Shown here in pieces: positions 49,171 to 59,563 of a stretch of DNA of 64,000 bases (its first letter is position 1; the number at the start of each line of letters is the position of its first letter). A program made the translations under genes and the position numbers. The notes beneath the pieces are model-generated. The model worked only from the letters and a program-made list of their open reading frames with translations, had not been told where the DNA came from and made no database searches. This DNA is from Acholeplasmataceae bacterium. GTDB lineage: Bacteria > Bacillota_I > Bacilli_A > Acholeplasmatales > Acholeplasmataceae. The stretch is taken from NCBI GenBank assembly GCA_963667565.1, contig OY763415.1, positions 736,001 to 800,000 of the forward strand, in the 5' to 3' direction.

Positions 49171-50667
49171 CTATGAAGCCATAGCCGATTTCTTTGGTTT
49201 ACTATTTTTAGGTCTTAAGTCATTGGTTATTCTTGCTATAGCAACAAAAATAACATAAAATTCAAGTCTTCCTAAGAACATACCTAGTGTTGAAGTCCAT
49301 AAAATACCATTTGGTGCATCATATCCTGTAATTCCAACAGATAGACCAACAGTACCTAATGCAGATGAGAATTCAAACAATGCATTTGTAATATTATAAC
49401 CATATGCCGTAAATATAAGTGTCCCTAATACTAATGCAATCATATAAACCATTAAAAATGAATGGTTTTGAATGATTTCTTCTTTTGAAACAATCGTTCT
49501 TGTTCCTATTTTAGAAATAAAACGTGTTCTAATTGTTTTATGATGAGATAATTGTTCTCTAATATTCCACCAAATACTCTTAAATGCCAATGCTACTCTA
49601 TATTGCTTCATACCACCGGCAGTTGAACCCATACCAGCACCTAAAACCATTGCAATAATTAAAATACTAATAAAGAGTGAAGGTAATGTCGTAAATGTCT
49701 CTACTGTTTGATAACCAGTACCTGTAATCGCTGAGAAAAATTGGAATGTTGATATACGAAGTGACATCCAAAATCCATCACTATAATTTGTATAATAATT
49801 AATGGTTAATAAAGGTAAAAAGATAAGTACAAGCAATCCTAATAATTTGATCTCAACATGTCCGAAAACATTTTTAAGTTTCCCTCTAATTAAGAATAAG
49901 TGAACAAAGAAGTTTGTACCACCTAAAATCATTAAAACAATCGTTATAATTTCAATACCTAAACTGTTAAATGCACCGATGCTTCCTGCCTGAGTAGAAA
50001 ATCCACCAGTAGCAACCGCACATATAGAATGATTAAGTGCATCAAATGCTGACATATCAAAGATCATATATGCAAACATACCTATGAGAATATAACCTAC
50101 ATATATAGATAAAATAATACGTCCTGATTTAATTAAGTTAGGTACCAATTTATCACTATGCCCTTCAGCACTATATAAACGCATACCAAATTTATCAGAA
50201 ATAGCTGATGTTAACACTAAGACTAATCCTACACCACCTACAAATTGAAGTAAGCTTCTAAAAAGTAAATAGATGTGAGGTGTTTGTGTCACATCAATAA
50301 CAGTTAATCCAGTTGTTGAATAACCACTTGTTGTTTCAAATATAGCTTGAGTTAAATTATAGTGTCCGGTAAGCACAAAAGGCATCGCAGACACCATAAT
50401 CGCTAAAATCCATATACCGACAACCAATATCGCATCTTGTGAACGCTCTAATCTTCCTTTTTCACGTCCCCTAAATAAGAACATAATAAATAATCCAACT
50501 GCAATACTTGATAATGAAGGAATTAAAAATTCATCCATATAAGTGATTTCTTCTGGATAGAAAGGAATAATAAGTAGTGGTATTAATATAATAAGACCAA
50601 TCAATACTGCAAATATGCCTAAATAGTTAATAATAAGTGGATAACCTGAAGTTATTTTCTTTTCCAT
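49171..50667 (-). CDS. trkH: TrkH potassium uptake membrane protein
   Basis: SGYSTTG, ATGGFS, GSTAGG.K, SALGTVG, GRLE. Confidence 0.93.
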   Translation of the reverse strand: MEKKITSGYPLIINYLGIFAVLIGLIILIPLLIIPFYPEEITYMDEFLIPSLSSIAVGLFIMFLFRGREKGRLERSQDAILVVGIWILAIMVSAMPFVLTGHYNLTQAIFETTSGYSTTGLTVIDVTQTPHIYLLFRSLLQFVGGVGLVLVLTSAISDKFGMRLYSAEGHSDKLVPNLIKSGRIILSIYVGYILIGMFAYMIFDMSAFDALNHSICAVATGGFSTQAGSIGAFNSLGIEIITIVLMILGGTNFFVHLFLIRGKLKNVFGHVEIKLLGLLVLIFLPLLTINYYTNYSDGFWMSLRISTFQFFSAITGTGYQTVETFTTLPSLFISILIIAMVLGAGMGSTAGGMKQYRVALAFKSIWWNIREQLSHHKTIRTRFISKIGTRTIVSKEEIIQNHSFLMVYMIALVLGTLIFTAYGYNITNALFEFSSALGTVGLSVGITGYDAPNGILWTSTLGMFLGRLEFYVIFVAIARITNDLRPKNSKPKKSAMAS

Positions 50668-50672
50668 ATGAA

Positions 50673-51335
50673 TTATCGTTTCTTTTGAATAAATTCAATC
50701 AGTTTTTCTTGTTCGTCAGGTGTTGTTACAATAATTAAATTATCATCAGGCATAATGACTGTTTTACCATTAGGGATAATGACATGAGGATCTCTAAAAA
50801 TACAACTAATATTCATGTTTTTTGGAAACTCAATATCCATAATCTGTTTTTCAACAATAGCGAAATCTTTTTTGATTGGTACTTCTAACATCACAATTTT
50901 TTCATCTTCAATAGAAAGTGTCTTAATAATATCTTCTACGGATGATTCATTTAAAATTGACTGTGCGATTAGGTATGTTGAACTGATTACAGAATCAATA
51001 CCTAATTTTTTAAATAGTTCAACGTTTTTAGGATTTTTCACCTTAGAAACTGTTTTTTTAATATTAAATAATTTTTTAGCATTCATACATGTAACATAAT
51101 TATCAGTATCATTGTCTGATAATGCTAATAATACATCTGCATTTTGTGCTTCTGCATCTTGTAATACATATGCTTTTGTTGGATCTCCAGGAAAGACTGC
51201 AATATCATTATTACTGCTTATGTACTCTGCAAATCCTTTATCATCATTGATAACAATAAGTTCATGGCGTTCTCTTTTAAGCATGCTAATGATATAATCT
51301 GACTCATGCTTTCCGCCAGTAATAACTATTTTCAT
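50673..51335 (-). CDS. trkA: TrkA/KtrA RCK regulatory subunit
   Basis: RCK-N + RCK-C; GD.T, D..N, P.G.T. Confidence 0.88.
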   Translation of the reverse strand: MKIVITGGKHESDYIISMLKRERHELIVINDDKGFAEYISSNNDIAVFPGDPTKAYVLQDAEAQNADVLLALSDNDTDNYVTCMNAKKLFNIKKTVSKVKNPKNVELFKKLGIDSVISSTYLIAQSILNESSVEDIIKTLSIEDEKIVMLEVPIKKDFAIVEKQIMDIEFPKNMNISCIFRDPHVIIPNGKTVIMPDDNLIIVTTPDEQEKLIEFIQKKR

Positions 51336-51751
51336 TCTTCTTCCTCACTTTCATTTAAATCATTAAATTCACTTAATGATAATGTGAAAGGATATATAGG
51401 TTTAATATTGGTACCTTCTAAAAGTTTACCTTTATCGTTATCTGAGATACGCACAAAGATTTTAGGTACGTTATAGACATAGTAGCATACATGTGCTAAG
51501 AAGATATTGACGTTATCTTGATCTGTTGTAATAACAACAGTTTTTGCTTGTTTTATAAAAGCATTATCCAAAACGGATAAATCAGTAGCGTCACCAACGA
51601 CTTGATAACCTGAAAATGATTCTTGTAGTTTTCTAAATGAATCATCTGTGGCATCAATGATGATCACATCTTCACCTTTTTCAGACATTTTTGTCGCAAT
51701 ATTAGATCCTAGTCTACCTGATCCAATAACAACAAACTTATTTCTTTTCAT
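51332..51751 (-). CDS. TrkA-N (RCK-N only) protein
   Basis: IGSGRLG, GDAT, D..N. Confidence 0.85.
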   Translation of the reverse strand: MKRNKFVVIGSGRLGSNIATKMSEKGEDVIIIDATDDSFRKLQESFSGYQVVGDATDLSVLDNAFIKQAKTVVITTDQDNVNIFLAHVCYYVYNVPKIFVRISDNDKGKLLEGTNIKPIYPFTLSLSEFNDLNESEEEE

Positions 51752-51856
51752 AATTGCTCCTTTAAAAAAACAATATTTATACCTTAATAATTTTAACACT
51801 AATTGTTAAAAATACCAAATATTTATGCATTATTTAAACTTTGTTAACTAAATATT

Positions 51857-53044
51857 TTAGTTAGGTTCTGGTAAGCTTAATAGATCATGATACGTATGAT
51901 CCATCATAATTGCACCAAAAGGCGCCGTAATGATAATAGATAACACAGAAACCATCAATATAAATTCACCATATGGGAGTCCTAATGTAAGAGGAATAGC
52001 ACCTATTGCTGCTTGAACAGTTGCTTTTGGTGTGTAGGAGACTGCTGTAAATAATCGTTCTTTTAAAGTAAGATTTGTTTTTGAAGTTGCAATGTAAACT
52101 GCCACCATTCTAAATGCAATTGAAACGATGATTAGTGCAATTGATAACAATCCAACATGGATTAATACTGTGATATCAACAAGTGCACCAACTAATACAA
52201 AGAGCATGATTTCTGCGATGACCCATATTTTTTCAAATTTATTGACAAGTCTTTTTGCAAGTTGTAAGTAATTTCTATTGATGCTCATTGCCATAGCCAT
52301 GACACTTAAAAGCCCACTAATCGCAACTACACTACTTAATACATCTTCAAGTGATAACAACAAAAATCCAAAGCTAAATATAATAAGTACTTTAAGTGTA
52401 TCTCGCATATGTATTTTCTTAAAAAATACAACAAGTAAAAATCCAGTGAGCAACCCAATAATAACCCCTAATAAAATAGAGATTGGAATGTTAATAAATG
52501 TCATTGCACTTAATTGGCCACCTTGTTGATATTTAATAAATGCATAAAAAATAATAATGGCATACACATCATCAATGGATGATGCTGCTAAAATCATTTG
52601 TGGAACTTTTTTAACCTTGCCATAACCTTGTTCCATCAGTTTAATCATTCTTGGAACAACTACTGCTGGTGAAACTGCAGCTACAATAGCCCCCATCGTC
52701 ATTGCAGTAATATATGGAATATCAAAAAATATAGGTGCAAATATGGTAATTGCGATGATTTCAAATGTCGCAGGTAAAAAAGATAGAAGAATAGCTGGTC
52801 TTCCAACTTTTTTTAAATCTTCTAAATCAAGTGACAATCCTGCTCTAATTAAAATAACAATTAATGCGATTTCTCTTAATTCTGCAGAAATGTCTAAAAT
52901 CTTTCCATCAATTAAATCTAAAAGATGCGGTCCTAATAGAATACCAGCAAGTAACATCCCTAAAATACCAGGTAGATTCAATTTTTTAAATAATGATTGA
53001 AATAATAAACTTACTAAAATAATGATTGAAATGCTTAATAACAT
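51857..53044 (-). CDS. Cation:proton antiporter (NHA2-like CPA), fluoride-riboswitch controlled
   Basis: GML..GI..GP, IL.RAGL, AVSPAVVVP, S.DD, PKATVQAA. Confidence 0.88.
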   Translation of the reverse strand: MLLSISIIILVSLLFQSLFKKLNLPGILGMLLAGILLGPHLLDLIDGKILDISAELREIALIVILIRAGLSLDLEDLKKVGRPAILLSFLPATFEIIAITIFAPIFFDIPYITAMTMGAIVAAVSPAVVVPRMIKLMEQGYGKVKKVPQMILAASSIDDVYAIIIFYAFIKYQQGGQLSAMTFINIPISILLGVIIGLLTGFLLVVFFKKIHMRDTLKVLIIFSFGFLLLSLEDVLSSVVAISGLLSVMAMAMSINRNYLQLAKRLVNKFEKIWVIAEIMLFVLVGALVDITVLIHVGLLSIALIIVSIAFRMVAVYIATSKTNLTLKERLFTAVSYTPKATVQAAIGAIPLTLGLPYGEFILMVSVLSIIITAPFGAIMMDHTYHDLLSLPEPN

Positions 53045-53054
53045 AAATACCTCC

Positions 53055-53143
53055 AAAAAAAAATTCTACAACAAAAAAATTGTTGTAGAAGTCATTAGCT
53101 TTACGCGGTTCTAGCTTTCGCTAAGGGAGACGTTCATTCCCTA
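53055..53143 (-). ncRNA. Fluoride (crcB) riboswitch with overlapping terminator
   Basis: Minus strand GGGAATGAACGTCTCCC..AACCGCGTAAAGCTAATGACTTCT; terminator TTCTACAACA..TGTTGTAGAA-T8; TTGACA-16-TATAAT at 53177-53150. Confidence 0.85.
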
Positions 53144-53210
53144 TGTCTTATTATATGTAAATTCATCTAAATGTCAATCATATAACTAAATTATATAAAT
53201 CTTTATACAT

Positions 53211-54137
53211 CTACAGTTGACCCTGAATGACTACATGTTTTAAAGGTTTTTCTTCTCTATACATTTGAAGTAAGTCAAACACCAAATCAAGTCGTCTTTG
53301 ATGCATCTTTGGTGATGCGCTTGCGTTATGAGGACTGATAAACACTTGATCAAGATCCCATAATTCATGATCTTTTGGAAGTGGTTCTGGTGTAACTACA
53401 TCCAGAGCAGCTCCTCTAATCTTGTTTGCTTTTAAATGTTTAATTAAAGCATCTTGATCAATAATTTCACCTCGAGCAATATTTACTATTAAACACGTAG
53501 GCTTTAATAAAGAAAGTCTCTCATCAGATACAAAATGTTTTGTATATTGATTTAGAGGTAATGAAATTATGAGATAATCAGATGTTTTAAGATATGTTTC
53601 TAAATCATCAAGAGATGTAATGATATGATCAAAATAAGGTAATTCTTCAAGTGTTCGCTTGTATCCAATGATTTCCATTTCAAAAGACTTAAGTCTTTTA
53701 GCAATCAATTGTCCAATAGAACCGGCACCTAAAATTAATACCTGATTTTTATAAAGCTCGTAATGAGGCGCTTGATGTTTCCACACATGAGATTTCATTT
53801 GGCCATGATATTGATCCATACGCCTGTTAAAAAATAACATTTTAGCAATAACATCTTCTGCAATCTGAATATCATATACACCTTGACCATTGGTTACTGT
53901 AATATTTCTTTTTTTAAAATAATCCAAATCAATATGATCAAATCCTGCAGTAATTAATAAAAACCATTTAAGTTGTTTAAATTGATCAAAGTATGATAAA
54001 TCTTTTCCCTGAAACACGCCGATAATCGCATCACAATCGCTTTCTTCAGTAAATGTGAACGTGTGTTCTATAAACGTATCAATGATGTCTTGATAACTGT
54101 TTTTATTCATATAAGTTGTTTCAAGAAAAATTTTCAT
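53211..54137 (-). CDS. D-2-hydroxyacid dehydrogenase family protein
   Basis: AGFD, GAGSIG, NIARG, ALDV..PEPL, SPH. Confidence 0.9.
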   Translation of the reverse strand: MKIFLETTYMNKNSYQDIIDTFIEHTFTFTEESDCDAIIGVFQGKDLSYFDQFKQLKWFLLITAGFDHIDLDYFKKRNITVTNGQGVYDIQIAEDVIAKMLFFNRRMDQYHGQMKSHVWKHQAPHYELYKNQVLILGAGSIGQLIAKRLKSFEMEIIGYKRTLEELPYFDHIITSLDDLETYLKTSDYLIISLPLNQYTKHFVSDERLSLLKPTCLIVNIARGEIIDQDALIKHLKANKIRGAALDVVTPEPLPKDHELWDLDQVFISPHNASASPKMHQRRLDLVFDLLQMYREEKPLKHVVIQGQL

Positions 54138-54139
54138 GA

Positions 54140-54655
54140 CTACACTCCAATCTTTAAATCATAGGCGAGTCTTAAACGATCACCCTGTACTTTTTCTTCT
54201 AAAGTAATGATACCACAATATTGATATCCATGTTTTAGAAAAAGTCTTTGTGCCTGATGGTTATCTTTATGTGTATCAATTCTGATACTTCCAACATGCT
54301 TAGTTGATGCATACATCGCACTAAATTCCATTAATTTATCTGCTAATCCAATGCCAAGATAGTCTTTGTCAACCGCTAATCTATGAATGGTTATATAAGG
54401 TTTATCTATATGCCAAGCACCGTCAATGTGATTATAGGTTTCTTCTATTTCTTCCATGATAAACATCATACCTACAATTTTTCCACCTTGATCACATACA
54501 TAAAAAGTTTGTTTTTCAATATCGCTTCTGAATTGATCAATTGATGGTTCAACATATTGCCATTGATCAATACCTCTAGATTTTAAAAGATCTGTCGTTT
54601 TTAGTCTAAGAGCCCAAATTTGATTCAAATCGTCAATAGTTGCTTTTCTAATCAT
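54140..54655 (-). CDS. GNAT acetyltransferase
   Basis: IHRLAV, G.G.A, RIDTH..N. Confidence 0.88.
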   Translation of the reverse strand: MIRKATIDDLNQIWALRLKTTDLLKSRGIDQWQYVEPSIDQFRSDIEKQTFYVCDQGGKIVGMMFIMEEIEETYNHIDGAWHIDKPYITIHRLAVDKDYLGIGLADKLMEFSAMYASTKHVGSIRIDTHKDNHQAQRLFLKHGYQYCGIITLEEKVQGDRLRLAYDLKIGV

Positions 54656-55271
54656 GTGTTACTAATATAATACTCATTGGAAGTGCATCCAATCCCAAAA
54701 ATGGAACTGCTAATGCATACATGAAGTAAGTCCCTTCTTTAACTTCTTTTAATCTTAATCCTTCGATAATATCTATATCTTGATGCATGAGTACTAAATG
54801 TGTTGGATGTCCTTTTTGATCGCGTTCAATCCCTAATCCATCAACACCCACACCTCTTATTTTTTTGCTTGCTAAATAAGTGGCTGCATCTTCTCTAACA
54901 AAAATAAAGTGAAAATTGAATGATTCTTCAAAACTGTTTTTAGTCTTAAATAAAACAAAATCACCTTCTTGAATATTTAAATCTTCAACATCACTTTTTG
55001 TAATACATTCATTTACATGTGATAAATCAAAAACTTTAACTTCTCTTATAAACCTATGGATATCTAATGATGTTGAATTTTTTCCACCTTCAATCATATG
55101 AAGTGGAAAATCAACATGTGTTCCTGTATGCACATTAAAAGTAACATCCGTTTCATGATGTCCATTTTCTTTAAAGTCTGCGACTGTCTTGAAGATAGGT
55201 TTTTTACTTTCAATATTTTTATATACTTGAATTTGTTCATCAATTTTCATTGTTACATCATAGATTTTCAT
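54648..55271 (-). CDS. Cyclase family (KynB-like) metal hydrolase
   Basis: HTGTHVD.P.H, G.D, IIE.L. Confidence 0.88.
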   Translation of the reverse strand: MKIYDVTMKIDEQIQVYKNIESKKPIFKTVADFKENGHHETDVTFNVHTGTHVDFPLHMIEGGKNSTSLDIHRFIREVKVFDLSHVNECITKSDVEDLNIQEGDFVLFKTKNSFEESFNFHFIFVREDAATYLASKKIRGVGVDGLGIERDQKGHPTHLVLMHQDIDIIEGLRLKEVKEGTYFMYALAVPFLGLDALPMSIILVTHD

Positions 55272-56632
55272 TAGAATTCCTCGTTTTCTTGTTCTAAAAT
55301 CAGCGCTTTTAATTGTTCAAAATCCTTGTAGATGACTGGCGTTTTTTGAACTTTTTTCACCTCGTCTATAAACTTCCAAGATAGTTCAATTTCATCCCAT
55401 CTTGTAAAAAGTGTTTTATGATGTTCACTTGCATCAAGCAATAATTTTTCATAAGCTTCAGACATATTTCCATAAGCTTTGCAAGCAACGCAATATTCTA
55501 ATTCAACTGATTCCAAATCTCCTGATAATCCAGGAACTTTGCTGTTAAGTGATAACCCAAAGCCATCAAGTGGTGCTATTTTAATATAAAGTTTATTGGT
55601 TGCAAGTGGTAAATCCCATTTCTTTTGTTCCAATGTTTCTTCAAACTCAACAATAATCATTGATTCTTTTGTATCAAGTTTCTTACCAGTTAACAGATAA
55701 AATGGAACACCTTTAAAACGAGGCGTATTGACATATGTTTTTAGAAAAACGAATGTATCTGTATTCGAGGTCTCATCGATATCTTTTTCTTGTTTATAAC
55801 CATCATATTGTCCTAAAATCATTGAATGTTTATCAAAAGTCAAATGCTTTAACACCTCAACTTTTTCGTTTTTAACATCTTCGCTATAAAATGAAACTGG
55901 AGTATCCATTGCGACCATACTTAACATTTGTAACAAATGTGATTGTACCATATCTTTTAAAGCCCCAGATTCATCATAGTATCCTGCACGACCTAAAATA
56001 CCATCAGTTTCTTTGACGATTAATTTAACATTTTTAATTGTACGATTATGCCATACTTCTTCAAAAATACGATTTGCAAAACGAACCATTAATATATTTT
56101 GAATCATTTCTTTTCCAAGATAATGATCAATTCTATAAATTTGTCGCTCATCAAAATACTTCCAAAGCATTTGATTAATTGATTTGGCACTTTCTAAGTC
56201 TACACCAAAAGGTTTTTCGAAAATCAAACTATGGTTTTCTTCGCCTTTTTGAACTAGGTCTGCATCACTTAAGTGTTTTGCTACATCATCAAAAAATTGA
56301 GGTGCAACAGCCATATAAAATAATTGTTTAGTTTGAGGACCAGAAAATGTTTCAATATAAGTTTTTAACCCTTTATAATCATTTGGTTCTGTAATTTGCA
56401 TTTCATAATAAGTAACAAACGTCTTCAAAACCTCTTTATCAAGCTTGTTATTATCTGTTTTAATGACATAGTCTAAATAATCATCAGTTGTAAAATCTCT
56501 ACGACCTAAAGCAATGACCATCATATTTTGATTGATTTGTTTTTTTGTATATAATTTTGACAATGCTGGAAGTAATTTTCTAGAAGTTAAATCTCCTGTG
56601 GATCCAAAAATGACAAAAATGATATCTTTCAT
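55271..56632 (-). CDS. zwf: Glucose-6-phosphate 1-dehydrogenase
   Basis: GSTGDL, EKPFG, RIDHYLGKE. Confidence 0.96.
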   Translation of the reverse strand: MKDIIFVIFGSTGDLTSRKLLPALSKLYTKKQINQNMMVIALGRRDFTTDDYLDYVIKTDNNKLDKEVLKTFVTYYEMQITEPNDYKGLKTYIETFSGPQTKQLFYMAVAPQFFDDVAKHLSDADLVQKGEENHSLIFEKPFGVDLESAKSINQMLWKYFDERQIYRIDHYLGKEMIQNILMVRFANRIFEEVWHNRTIKNVKLIVKETDGILGRAGYYDESGALKDMVQSHLLQMLSMVAMDTPVSFYSEDVKNEKVEVLKHLTFDKHSMILGQYDGYKQEKDIDETSNTDTFVFLKTYVNTPRFKGVPFYLLTGKKLDTKESMIIVEFEETLEQKKWDLPLATNKLYIKIAPLDGFGLSLNSKVPGLSGDLESVELEYCVACKAYGNMSEAYEKLLLDASEHHKTLFTRWDEIELSWKFIDEVKKVQKTPVIYKDFEQLKALILEQENEEF

Positions 56633-57525
56633 TATTTTTTATAGACAGCGTGACCGCCGAATTCCTTTCTCATTGCAGCAACTACTTTTTCTGCAAATCT
56701 ATCTTCATCTCTTGATTTAAATCTAGCAAACAATGATTGTGTAATCACTGGAATTGATACTTTCAGTTTAAGCGCTTCTTCAATCGTCCACATACCTTCA
56801 CCAGAATCATCAACACGACCAGTAATTTGATCTAAATGTGCATCTTTACTAAAAGCTTCATGAATGTAACCAATCAATGCAGATTCAATGATTGATCCAT
56901 GATTCCACATTTTTGTAATATCTTGATAATCAAGTTCAAAAGGTGATGCTTCTAACAAGTCAAAACCTTCTGCAATTGCTTGCATCATTCCATATTCAAT
57001 CCCATTATGTACCATCTTAACATAATGACCACTACCAGGTTTACCAGTATAAGCATATCCATCTTTTGTTGATACATCTAGAAAAACTTGTTCAACATAT
57101 GAAACAACTTCTTTTTCTCCCCCTGCCATTAGACAAGCACCATTTCTAGCACCATAAGTACCACCAGAAGTTCCTAAATCAATGAAATCAATATGTTTCG
57201 ATTTTAATAATTCATAACGTTTCATAGAAAGATTAAAATTAGAGTTTCCTGCATCAATAATAATGTCGTTAGGATTTAATGAAGGTAACATTTCCTCAAT
57301 GACTTGGTCAACAAATTGATTTGGAACTAACATCCAAATCACTTTTCTTTCGTGATCATCTGCCAAACATGCTTGAATTGATGAAAACACTTTAATACCT
57401 TCTTTGTCAAGAATATTTCTTGCATCTTCATTTAAATCAAAGCCCCAAACTTCATGGCCATGATCTTTTAAATTTAAAGCAATATTAGCCCCCATTTTTC
57501 CTAAACCAATTAATCTAATCTTCAT
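56632..57525 (-). CDS. gnd: 6-phosphogluconate dehydrogenase (short type)
   Basis: GLGKMG, D.GNS, VKMVHNGIEYG, DSGEG.W, FGGH. Confidence 0.95.
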   Translation of the reverse strand: MKIRLIGLGKMGANIALNLKDHGHEVWGFDLNEDARNILDKEGIKVFSSIQACLADDHERKVIWMLVPNQFVDQVIEEMLPSLNPNDIIIDAGNSNFNLSMKRYELLKSKHIDFIDLGTSGGTYGARNGACLMAGGEKEVVSYVEQVFLDVSTKDGYAYTGKPGSGHYVKMVHNGIEYGMMQAIAEGFDLLEASPFELDYQDITKMWNHGSIIESALIGYIHEAFSKDAHLDQITGRVDDSGEGMWTIEEALKLKVSIPVITQSLFARFKSRDEDRFAEKVVAAMRKEFGGHAVYKK

Positions 57526-57641
57526 GATTTCCTCCTATTAGCCACATGTTATAAATTCTTTATAACATTTTAATCATAATTTAATTATAGCATAAGCATT
57601 ATCTCACTTATTATATTTGAACTTCAAATATAAAAAAAACA

Positions 57642-58274
57642 TCATGTAGATGCTTTTTTCAATTGTATTTGCTGTTTTTTTAATTTTTTATCTCGTCTAT
57701 CAGAATAGATGGTCCAAAGTTTTAAAACGGTGTAGCTAGCAAATATACCGATATATAACCAAAATCTATCATTTTGTATAAGTATGAGATGTGCAGCAAC
57801 AAGTAAATAAAACACATAAGAAAAATAATGAATCTTCTTCCATTTTTTATATCCTAATTTGCTTCTTACAAATCTAAATGATGTGAGCGTTAAAGGTGCC
57901 ACGACCACAGCAGCAAGTATTCCAATATAAAATGATATTGTTCCATTAAAAATACCAATATCTTCTAAATGAAATTCAAGATAACCAAGTGCGTGTGGTG
58001 CAAGTAAAATAGTAGCAATAATTGCCAATTCACCACGAACTGATAATAATTGATTTTTAAATTTACCTTTATCAAGTGCGCCCATATACATCACAAGCAA
58101 ATACATACCAAAAGGTACATAACCTAAGCTAATGATGTTTGCATCATGTGATCCTACAAACGCTGCAATAAAACCTGTGATGATATATAAAATAACTGCA
58201 TATGCTCTAATTTGTTTTGAAAAAAAATAGGTAATAATTCCAGTAATTAAGGTCGTAAAGATGATAATTGTCAT
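57642..58274 (-). CDS. Ferric reductase-like/MsrQ-like transmembrane protein (copy 2)
   Basis: R.ELA, conserved His in APH, L.LTS, LG..W..IH..SY, AAH. Confidence 0.8.
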   Translation of the reverse strand: MTIIIFTTLITGIITYFFSKQIRAYAVILYIITGFIAAFVGSHDANIISLGYVPFGMYLLVMYMGALDKGKFKNQLLSVRGELAIIATILLAPHALGYLEFHLEDIGIFNGTISFYIGILAAVVVAPLTLTSFRFVRSKLGYKKWKKIHYFSYVFYLLVAAHLILIQNDRFWLYIGIFASYTVLKLWTIYSDRRDKKLKKQQIQLKKAST

Positions 58275-58786
58275 TAGTCATCATCACCATCTTCATGTTC
58301 ATACTCATGTTCATCATGATCGTCATGATCATCATGATCATCATGTGATGTTGAAGTTGTTGAAGTTGATGCACCTGTTGTTTGATCCACTGTTGTATTT
58401 GTTGTTGTCGTTGTTGATGTTGAAGTTGAAGGTGTCGTTGTTGCTGTTGATGCACCTGTTGTTTGATCGACTGTTGTTGCAGGTTGAGTTGTGGTCGTTT
58501 GATCTGTTGTAGTTGCATTTGGATCTGTAATATAAATGGTTGCTCCAGTTGCTTCATCAATCACAGCAATTCCATTTGTTGTTTGTGAATCATCATCTTC
58601 ATGATCATCATCATCACTATATGTTGAATCTGAAGTACTTGATGCTCCAGTAGAACTATCGATTGTCGTACCATAAATATCAGATGTTGCACCAGCAAGT
58701 GCATCTAATGTCTGAGTAATAGGTTCATTAACTAGTGAATAACCTAATACAAGCATTAACATCCCAAAAATCAATGTATTTTTCAT
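58274..58786 (-). CDS. Exported Thr-rich protein with multiple DxxTGA[S/T] flavinylation-like motifs and His/Asp tail
   Basis: N-terminal hydrophobic segment; DSSTGAS, DEATGAT, DQTTGAS x2, DALAGAT; RBS AGGAAGGA. Confidence 0.75.
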   Translation of the reverse strand: MKNTLIFGMLMLVLGYSLVNEPITQTLDALAGATSDIYGTTIDSSTGASSTSDSTYSDDDDHEDDDSQTTNGIAVIDEATGATIYITDPNATTTDQTTTTQPATTVDQTTGASTATTTPSTSTSTTTTTNTTVDQTTGASTSTTSTSHDDHDDHDDHDEHEYEHEDGDDD

Positions 58787-58846
58787 TTAAGTACATCCTT
58801 CCTTATAGTTTTTTTAATTTTATCATAAAAATCAATTTTTTTTAAC

Positions 58847-58885
58847 AAAAATACAATCTGTGTTGATGCTCATAGATTGTATTTT
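58847..58885 (-). terminator. Intrinsic terminator between the two modules
   Basis: aaaatacaatct..agattgtatttt inverted repeat. Confidence 0.6.
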
Positions 58886-58909
58886 CATAATTTACATTAA
58901 ATATACATT

Positions 58910-59542
58910 TTATCTTGTTGCTTTATGATATTTTACAGGTGTTTCTATTTTTTTTGCTTGTGGTTTAATAATAAGCATATACCCTTTTAATATGATGTAT
59001 ACCGAAAAGATAATGATATAATACCAAAGTCTTGTGTTTGCTAGCAAGATGACATGAAGAGCTATCAATATATAGAATATATATGATAGATAATGAATTC
59101 TTTTCCACGTCTTATAACCTAACTTGCTTCTAATTTTTCTAAATGATGTAAGTGCTAGTGGTAATAATAAGACCACTGAAGCAATACCAATAAAATATGG
59201 AACTGGATTAATAATAAAACCTAATTCAATTAAATAATATTCTAAATAACCATAGACGTGAGGAAAAAGTAAGATTGTGCCTATAATTGCAAGTTCTCCT
59301 CTAACGTTAAGTAATTGGTTTTTAAATTTACCTTTATCGAGTATACCCATATACATCACTAAAATAAAGATACCATAAGGAACATATCCATAACTAAAAA
59401 TATTTGCTGTTTTTGAATCTATAATTAAACTGATGAATGCTGCAATGCCATAAAGAACAAATGCATATTTTCTTATTTGCTTACTATAAAAATATGATAA
59501 AAATCCAAAAACAATGGTTGTAAAAATAATTGCTGTCATCAT
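58910..59542 (-). CDS. Ferric reductase-like/MsrQ-like transmembrane protein (copy 1)
   Basis: Close paralog of 57642-58274 (LDKGKFKNQLL.VRGELAII); three conserved His. Confidence 0.8.
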   Translation of the reverse strand: MMTAIIFTTIVFGFLSYFYSKQIRKYAFVLYGIAAFISLIIDSKTANIFSYGYVPYGIFILVMYMGILDKGKFKNQLLNVRGELAIIGTILLFPHVYGYLEYYLIELGFIINPVPYFIGIASVVLLLPLALTSFRKIRSKLGYKTWKRIHYLSYIFYILIALHVILLANTRLWYYIIIFSVYIILKGYMLIIKPQAKKIETPVKYHKATR

Positions 59543-59563
59543 AAACTTATCTCCTTAATTTAA

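Noticed and set aside
58207..58560. Gln-rich (58207-58560) and His/Leu-rich (58261-58512) ORFs
   Set aside because: Alternative-frame shadows of the Thr/Asp-rich gene, which has the RBS and signal segment.
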